Source of the DNA: Candidatus Nanohaloarchaea archaeon
Lineage (GTDB): Archaea > Nanohalarchaeota > Nanosalinia > Nanosalinales > Nanosalinaceae
Assembly: GCA_046539225.1 (NCBI GenBank)
Contig: JBKHHG010000009.1
Coordinates: 1 to 22,681, forward strand
Reading direction: 5' to 3'
Length of the DNA: 22,681 bases
The translations under genes and the position numbers were made by a program. The notes below the pieces were generated by a model. It was not told the DNA's origin. It made no database searches and worked only from the letters and a program-made list of their open reading frames with translations. How positions within the stretch are numbered: position 1 is the first letter of the stretch; each line of letters starts with the position of its first letter. This document shows positions 16,973 through 22,681 of the stretch, piece after piece.

Positions 16973-17452
16973 ATGGCTGATCAGCTTCCTGAAAAAGTTT
17001 CAGACCGCAGAAAAAGTCCTGGACAGGATATTGTCAGAGTAGATGGCTGGGATAGCCTGGCGGAGATTCTGCGGGGAGGCCTTGAAGGAGAAAGTAGTTT
17101 TCACGGTTCTTTTGAAAGCCTAGAGGAGGTTAAAGTATTTGTAGCTGGTTCAAGGGATTACAGGGATCGGAACAGCTATTTTCTTGATTCAAAGGATTTC
17201 ATTGAGCAGAAAGAGGAAGGTTTTTTCCGCGAGGCTTACTGCCCGTCATGTCTGGTCGATGAAGTTGTCAAGGCCGACGAACTTGAGGATTCGGGGCTTC
17301 AGGAGGCTCGAATGGATTTTTTCTATGATCGCAGCCGGGTTAAGTCTTTCAGGCCTGGTTTTGAGAAGTATGTAGAGTGGAAAAGTTTGAACTGTCTTGA
17401 GCATCCTGAACACGGTATCGTAATGAGGCGGAAGGAGTACGTTGAAAGATAG
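16973..17452 (+). CDS. Hypothetical protein with possible Zn-binding residues
   Basis: YCPSC and C..HPEH motifs; co-oriented 35 nt before hel308; TTTTAA box upstream. Confidence 0.65.
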   Translation: MADQLPEKVSDRRKSPGQDIVRVDGWDSLAEILRGGLEGESSFHGSFESLEEVKVFVAGSRDYRDRNSYFLDSKDFIEQKEEGFFREAYCPSCLVDEVVKADELEDSGLQEARMDFFYDRSRVKSFRPGFEKYVEWKSLNCLEHPEHGIVMRRKEYVER

Positions 17453-17487
17453 CTGAATGATAAAAGAATTCCATTTAATTGTCTGGT

Positions 17488-19740
17488 GTGAAAGTTTCGG
17501 ACCTGAGTATACCTGAAGGCCTGAAGCAGAAGTACATCGAGGAAGGTATTACCGAGTTGAATCCTCCTCAGAGACAGGCAGTGGAGAAAGGTTTGATGGA
17601 TGGCGAGGATTTGATTGTGGCGTCTCCTACAGCTTCCGGCAAGACTCTTATCGCAGAGTTAGCGGTGGCGAAGGAAGCTGTCGAAAAGGGGAAGACCGCG
17701 ATCTACATCGTTCCTTTGAAGGCCTTAGCTTCTGAAAAGTACGAGGATTTTTCCGAGAGATACGAGAACTTGAACGTGAAGATGAGCGTAGGAAACAGCG
17801 ATGATGCGGGCGAGTACCTCGATTCAGCGGATATAGTGATTGTGACGAGCGAGAAGATGGACTCCATGTTAAGGCATAACCCGAGCTGGATCCACGACAT
17901 AGGCCTGGTCGTGGTGGACGAAATACATCTTCTCACCTCCGAAAACAGGGGTCCAACCCTTGAAGTCACTTTAACCCGGTTAAGGGAATTACTGGATTTC
18001 CAGCTTTTAGGCCTCTCCGCAACTATCTCCAACGCTTCAGAGATGGCGGACTGGCTGGAGGCCTCGCTTGTAAAATCGGATTACAGGCCTGTAGAACTGA
18101 AGCACGGAGTTTACTGGAACAGCGAGGTAGAGTTTTACTCTGATGAAGATGTAGAGTCAAAATCCGAACTGGAGACCCCTGAGGGCTGGAGCACCGGCGC
18201 AGACGTCAAGAAGAGAGAGGAAGAGGCCTCAGAGTCAGAAAAAGAGGAGATGGGCTACGGCGAGGACCGCGGCACAGAAAACATACTGAGAGACACCTTG
18301 GAGATGGATAAACAGGCCATCACCTTCTGCAACTCGAGAAAAGGCTCTGAAAAAGAGTCAGACAGAGCCGCAAAGATAGTGGAGGACGATCTTTCCCGGG
18401 ATGAGAAAAAAAAGCTCGAGGAGTACTCTGAAGAGATACTGAACGCCCTGGGATCCCCAACTTCCCAGTGCAAAAGATTAGCGAAAAACGTGAAGAATGG
18501 TGCGGCTTTTCACCACGCAGGCCTCGTCAGTCAACAGCGAAAGGCCGTGGAAGAGGCCTTCAAGAAAGGATTGATCCGTAATATTTCTGCTACTCCGACT
18601 CTGGCTGCAGGGGTGAATCTTCCGGCTTTTAGAGTTGTTATACGGGATTTAAAGCGTTATACCGGGAACGGAATGGATTTTATTCCTGTTCTGGAGTATG
18701 AACAGATGACTGGTCGTGCTGGGAGGCCTAGCTACGATGACAGAGGTGAGGCGATCAGTATTGCTAAACAGCCGGGGATGAAGCAGGATATTCTTGAAAG
18801 GTATATTCTCGGCGAGGCGGAGAGAATTCAGTCCAAGTTGAATGTGGAACCGGTTCTCAGGATGCATACCTTGGCTTTGATCGCGTCAAAGTTTTGCTCG
18901 AACATGGATGATCTTCTTGACTTCTACAAAGAGACTTTTTACGCCCACCAGTTCGGGGATATGATGTCGGTCAGGGAGAAGATTGAGAGAGTTGTTGACA
19001 CGCTTGAAAGTTATGGATTCGTTGACAAGGAAGAGTTTGAAGCCACGGAGATCGGCAGAAAGGTCAGCGATCTCTACATCGACCCTGACTCCGCGCACCT
19101 CATTATTCAGGGCCTTGAAAAGGCCTCTGGAACCGAGACACGAGATATCTCCTACCTGTTTCTGCTTTCAAGGACTTCGGAGATCCGGTCGCTTAACGTG
19201 AAGGACAAGGAGTGGAACGAGTACGAGAAAATGTTGATGGACGCAGAGCCCTACCTTTTGGAAGATATTCCGCAGGAGTGGGATGTGGAATACGAGACGT
19301 TCATGGATTCGATGAAGACCGCGATGATGATGAACGCCTGGATCAGCGAGATGGACGAAGAGGAGATCATGAACGAGTTCGGAACCGCTCCAGGAGGCAT
19401 TCGAGCAAAGATTCAGAACGCTGACTGGCTTCTCTACTCGAGCAAGGAACTGGCGAGAATGAAAGGCCTTGAAGTCGACAACGAGCTTGAAAAACTTCGG
19501 ATCCGCCTCAAACATGGCATCGACGAAGAACTTTTAGGCCTGGTAAAATACGATCAGATCGGCAGAGTAAGAGCCAGAAAACTCTACGATCACGGCATCA
19601 GGTCGAAGAAAGACATTAAACAGGTGAACTTCGAGAAACTGAAGAAACTGATCGGGAAGAAGACCGCAGGCCTCCTCAAAGAACAGGTTGGAGAGGAAAA
19701 CTACTTTGACCGGGAAAACATTATGGACTACTTCAGCTAA
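17488..19740 (+). CDS. hel308: ATP-dependent DNA helicase Hel308/Hjm (Ski2-like SF2)
   Basis: ELNPPQ, SPTASGKT, PLKALASEK, DEIH, LSAT, HHAGL, TPTLAAGVNLP, QMTGRAGRP, AT.IG..VS.LYIDP, C-terminal HhH IGRVRARKLY. Start at GTG 17488 or TTG 17479. Confidence 0.94.
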   Translation: MKVSDLSIPEGLKQKYIEEGITELNPPQRQAVEKGLMDGEDLIVASPTASGKTLIAELAVAKEAVEKGKTAIYIVPLKALASEKYEDFSERYENLNVKMSVGNSDDAGEYLDSADIVIVTSEKMDSMLRHNPSWIHDIGLVVVDEIHLLTSENRGPTLEVTLTRLRELLDFQLLGLSATISNASEMADWLEASLVKSDYRPVELKHGVYWNSEVEFYSDEDVESKSELETPEGWSTGADVKKREEEASESEKEEMGYGEDRGTENILRDTLEMDKQAITFCNSRKGSEKESDRAAKIVEDDLSRDEKKKLEEYSEEILNALGSPTSQCKRLAKNVKNGAAFHHAGLVSQQRKAVEEAFKKGLIRNISATPTLAAGVNLPAFRVVIRDLKRYTGNGMDFIPVLEYEQMTGRAGRPSYDDRGEAISIAKQPGMKQDILERYILGEAERIQSKLNVEPVLRMHTLALIASKFCSNMDDLLDFYKETFYAHQFGDMMSVREKIERVVDTLESYGFVDKEEFEATEIGRKVSDLYIDPDSAHLIIQGLEKASGTETRDISYLFLLSRTSEIRSLNVKDKEWNEYEKMLMDAEPYLLEDIPQEWDVEYETFMDSMKTAMMMNAWISEMDEEEIMNEFGTAPGGIRAKIQNADWLLYSSKELARMKGLEVDNELEKLRIRLKHGIDEELLGLVKYDQIGRVRARKLYDHGIRSKKDIKQVNFEKLKKLIGKKTAGLLKEQVGEENYFDRENIMDYFS

Positions 19741-20129
19741 TCATCTGACACCAGGAAGTATTTATCGCGTTCATCTTCGACGCAGCCCCATCGAGCATTC
19801 AGATGTTTATCGGCCTGAAACCCTGTATCACTCGGTATAGAGATAGCGACACCATAGTAGTTAGAGTAGGGAACAAGAAGGTCAGAATCGGAGAAAAGAG
19901 CCGCAAACTTTTTTAACGCCGTATCTTCGTGATCGACGCCCGGATCAAGAACATGGAGATCAGCCGAGCCAGAAACATCTCCAGGCATAGAGTAAAGCTC
20001 TACATCATCGTACTCATCAATTCCAAGGCCTTCAACCAGCCGCGAATCTATATCCACACTGCCAGAAGAATAAACATCTTCCTCTACATCCGGATTATCT
20101 TCAGCCGGTCCTGAATCCGCCTGTGCCAT
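19737..20129 (-). CDS. Hypothetical acidic protein
   Basis: 130-aa open frame, very Asp/Glu-rich; TTTAA box about 24 nt upstream. Confidence 0.6.
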   Translation of the reverse strand: MAQADSGPAEDNPDVEEDVYSSGSVDIDSRLVEGLGIDEYDDVELYSMPGDVSGSADLHVLDPGVDHEDTALKKFAALFSDSDLLVPYSNYYGVAISIPSDTGFQADKHLNARWGCVEDERDKYFLVSDD

Positions 20130-20171
20130 ACTGAAAACTTAGCAAAGCCGCCTTAAATCTTTAAGGTTGCC

Positions 20172-20699
20172 TCAACTTCCAACTACCAGCCTACCCGAAC
20201 CTTCACCATCGTCAAAATACCTCAAGTAGGCCCCACCAGGCTCAACGCCCTCATCAAGCAACTCCACAACTTCTCTGCTGACTTTACCGTTTTCCCGGTC
20301 AAGATACTGATTCTCATAGCCTTCTTCAAGATAATCAACCCTCAAGACCGCAACGCCATCCATATCATTTACATCGCTTAACAGACCATCCTCTCTAATC
20401 CTTAAAGGAATAACCTCGTCCAGATCGCCGCTGAAAAACTGTCCAATGTAATGCTCAAGTATTTCGGCGGATTCTTCAGGGCCAGCATAAATGCTTCGAT
20501 CAGAAGCCTCCGACAACCGATTCAAACGCTTTTCATCAGGCCTAAAAACACTTTCAGTCTCCATAAGGCCTTCAGCGTTAACGTAATCAATGCTTAAATC
20601 TGGATCAACTTTTACAGTAGAAGCAGAGGCCTCTAACGGCTCTGGAGACTCTCCAGAGACTCCTTCGTTTGCTGCTTCTTTCTGTTGGGCCTGAGACAC
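20172..20699 (-). CDS. Hypothetical acidic protein
   Basis: 175-aa open frame (GTG start) with genome-typical composition; AT-rich promoter-like region upstream. Confidence 0.6.
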   Translation of the reverse strand: MSQAQQKEAANEGVSGESPEPLEASASTVKVDPDLSIDYVNAEGLMETESVFRPDEKRLNRLSEASDRSIYAGPEESAEILEHYIGQFFSGDLDEVIPLRIREDGLLSDVNDMDGVAVLRVDYLEEGYENQYLDRENGKVSREVVELLDEGVEPGGAYLRYFDDGEGSGRLVVGS

Positions 20700-20806
20700 G
20701 TATTAACTGGGAAAAACTTTTTTAAAAACTTTGCCCGAAAAAAGGCCTTCAATAAAGTAAAACAGGAATGAAAAAATATTTCAGGGCCTCTTAATTAGGT
20801 ATAAAC

Positions 20807-21610
20807 TCAGTAAATTACTTCTTCAAGTTTATCAAGTATTTTTCCAGGTTCTTTTCGCTGGAAGACGTTTCTTCCAACAGCTAAACCGTTGCCTCCTGCC
20901 GATAAAGAGGCCTCTACGTCTTGTAGAAACTTTTCGTCGCTCCTCTTTGATCCACCACTCATGACAAACTTCATATCTCCTGTGTTACGCAGCACTTTTT
21001 CTGTTTCTTTTTTTGATCCTGGATACTTGCATTTTACAACGTCAGCCCCAAGTTCAAGGCCTAATCTTGCTGCATAGGCTATTACATCGGTGTCTTTCTG
21101 TCCGCTGTAGTCAGGGTTTTGATCTATGCCGTGGCCGCGGGGATAGGCCCACATAACTACAGGAACATCGTATTTCCGGGCTTTTTCCTGTACCTGCCTG
21201 AATTCTTTCCACATTTTGTCTTCAAAGTCGCTTCCGGCATAGATTGTATATCCTACTGCTTCTGCTCCAAGTTCTTCGACTGCGTACTCCACGCTGCACT
21301 GCTTGGGGCTGTAGTAGTCCGTTCTGCTTCCAAGACCGGAGTTGCCGTTGAGTTTGACAAGTAAGGGTGCTTTCTCAAGTTGTGAGGCCTTTTCGTACTG
21401 TTTCTCCCATCTCCGGTAGGATTCTGCCAGGCCTTTCTGCAGGGCGAGGGCGGTGACTGCGTCGTGGGTTGCTGTCTCAAAGATATGCTCCGGGTCTGCG
21501 CTCTCCGGGTTAGGATCAAAGTTTGTTGGGCCGTGTTCAAGGCCGTGATCATACGCAAGGATCAGAAGGTTCCCGTCCCGGAAGATCGGGGAGTCAGGAT
21601 GTTCTCTCAT
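20807..21610 (-). CDS. fba: Class I (DhnA/archaeal-type) fructose-bisphosphate aldolase
   Basis: LAYDHGLEHGP, VKLNG, VMWAYPRG, YAARLGLELGADVVK (Schiff-base Lys), VMSGG, GLAVGRNVFQ. Confidence 0.93.
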   Translation of the reverse strand: MREHPDSPIFRDGNLLILAYDHGLEHGPTNFDPNPESADPEHIFETATHDAVTALALQKGLAESYRRWEKQYEKASQLEKAPLLVKLNGNSGLGSRTDYYSPKQCSVEYAVEELGAEAVGYTIYAGSDFEDKMWKEFRQVQEKARKYDVPVVMWAYPRGHGIDQNPDYSGQKDTDVIAYAARLGLELGADVVKCKYPGSKKETEKVLRNTGDMKFVMSGGSKRSDEKFLQDVEASLSAGGNGLAVGRNVFQRKEPGKILDKLEEVIY

Positions 21611-21632
21611 AACAGGTGTTTAGTCTCCCCGG

Positions 21633-21667
21633 TTTAAATTTTGATCTTCCTGAGATAGTTTTTTAAC
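21633..21667. promoter_or_regulatory. Divergent TATA-like boxes for fba and the TM2 gene
   Basis: TTTAAA at 21633-21638 is about 22 nt from the fba ATG; TTTTTTAAC ending near 21667 is about 22 nt from ATG 21689. Spacing typical of leaderless archaeal transcripts. Confidence 0.55.
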
Positions 21668-21688
21668 TTCGGAGACCCTGCTTAAGTT

Positions 21689-22018
21689 ATGGCAGAAGAT
21701 GAGCCAGGACCTGACGAACAGTACTGCAGCAGCTGCGGAGAGATAATCAAAAAAGAAGCGGAAATATGCCCGGAATGCGGGGTAAGACAAAGCTCCGGTT
21801 CTGGAAGCGGAAGTAAAGACCGTCTAACAGCTGGAATCTTCGCTCTGCTTCTCGGAAGCTTTGGAGCCCACAAGTTCTACCTTGGGAACACAGGCCTCGG
21901 AATACTTTACCTGTGCTTCTTCTGGACAGGGATTCCAGGCCTAATAGGGTTTATAGAAGGCCTAATTTACCTTACAAAGAGCGATGAAGAGTTCAATGCA
22001 AAGTACGTCGAGAACTGA
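21689..22018 (+). CDS. Zinc-ribbon plus TM2 (NINE) domain protein
   Basis: YCSSCG...ICPECG, then AGIFALLLGSFGAHKFYLG..GLGILYLCFFWTGIP..IGFIEG. Confidence 0.9.
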   Translation: MAEDEPGPDEQYCSSCGEIIKKEAEICPECGVRQSSGSGSGSKDRLTAGIFALLLGSFGAHKFYLGNTGLGILYLCFFWTGIPGLIGFIEGLIYLTKSDEEFNAKYVEN

Positions 22019-22427
22019 AGAGTTTAGGAAAGGCCTGAAAGAGACACGGAGACACCTGCTTTCCCACCACAGAGACGAAGAGCTTTACCGGTGTTACAAA
22101 GTCAGAGGAGAGCATCTCTGCTCAAGATGCACAGGGATCTACCCGGGAATACTCGCAGGCCTCTACCTCATTTTTTCCTCAAACCCGCTCTCCATCGCCG
22201 CAGTCGCGTTATCCGGGGTGCCGACCCTAATTGAAAAATTCTTCACCGGCGTCAAGAACTTCAAAGGCTACAACACAGTCAGAACAGGTTCAGGCCTGCT
22301 GCTCGGAGCCGGCTACATCAACGGCCTCTACCTTTTGATCCAAAACCCTTTCAACCCTGAGATCCTGTCCACAGGCCTTTTCTACATTACAGCAGGCCTC
22401 CTGCTTTTATACCTCGAGAAAAAATAG
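21996..22427 (+). CDS. DUF2085-like membrane protein
   Basis: H......RCY.....LCSRCTGIYPG followed by TM segments and N..R..SG.L.G; start uncertain. Confidence 0.7.
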   Translation: MQSTSRTEEFRKGLKETRRHLLSHHRDEELYRCYKVRGEHLCSRCTGIYPGILAGLYLIFSSNPLSIAAVALSGVPTLIEKFFTGVKNFKGYNTVRTGSGLLLGAGYINGLYLLIQNPFNPEILSTGLFYITAGLLLLYLEKK

Positions 22428-22433
22428 CTTTAC

Positions 22434-22681
22434 ATGAGCCTTGAACAGTCCGACTCGGAACTTGAAAACGGCGAGGAGGCCCCAGGATTTGAACTTGAAA
22501 GCTACAGCGGTGAAGAAGTAGCGCTGACAGACCTGGACAATTTTGACGGCGTCCTTGTAGTTTTCATGTGCAACCACTGTCCATACGTCAAGGCCCAGAC
22601 CGAAGAACTGGAAAAACTGGTGGAAGAGTTCTCAAGCATCGCTTTAGTGGGTATAAACCCGAACGCAGAGACGCATCCCGA
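22434..22681 (+). CDS. Thioredoxin-fold AhpC/TSA (peroxiredoxin-like) protein, 5' part
   Basis: Hand translation from ATG 22434: MSLEQSDSELENGEEAPGFEL...VLVVFMCNHCPYVKAQ...VGINPN; runs off the window end. Confidence 0.88.
   Translation, partial: MSLEQSDSELENGEEAPGFELESYSGEEVALTDLDNFDGVLVVFMCNHCPYVKAQTEELEKLVEEFSSIALVGINPNAETHP

Larger units (their letters stand above)
242..22399. repeat. Dispersed, highly iterated palindrome AGGCCT (about 118 copies)
   Basis: Hand count across the window; examples at 242, 841, 1163, 1181, 2262, 2275, 4880, 9022, 11756, 15510, 15530, 16753, 16760, 16915, 20743, 22394. Confidence 0.95.

Noticed and set aside
18139..18262. Intein in Hel308
   Set aside because: Too short and lacks the terminal His-Asn and other splicing motifs.
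242..22399. AGGCCT copies as a CRISPR array, REP element or MITE
   Set aside because: Only 6 bp are shared, spacing is irregular, flanks are unrelated and most copies sit in intact coding frames.

Overview
Gene-dense archaeal chromosomal segment (~48% GC) with a strongly Glu/Asp-rich proteome, short spacers and mostly leaderless-looking promoters. This is most consistent with a nanohaloarchaeon (DPANN), which is an inference. Core genes: two tandem dUTPase/dCTP-deaminase-family genes, non-discriminating aspS, smc-scpA-scpB with an unusually short SMC, rqcH/NEMF, a PiT-family transporter, a D-2-hydroxyacid dehydrogenase, Hel308, class I FBP aldolase, and TM2/DUF2085/thioredoxin-fold genes. Most notable: (1) the palindrome AGGCCT occurs about 118 times (hand count) versus about 5 expected, in all reading frames and in spacers, like a highly iterated palindrome; (2) a three-gene secreted-protein operon (13559-16659) looks like a donor-strand-type surface filament (major subunit, tip, anchored base); its first gene is split by one in-frame TAG, and its first two genes are AT-richer and nearly free of AGGCCT; (3) a deletion scar joins the 5' end of a membrane-protein gene to the 3' end of sufS; (4) an apparent compensated frameshift removes the motif-3 Tyr of one dUTPase. 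No rRNA, tRNA, CRISPR array or transposase was seen.
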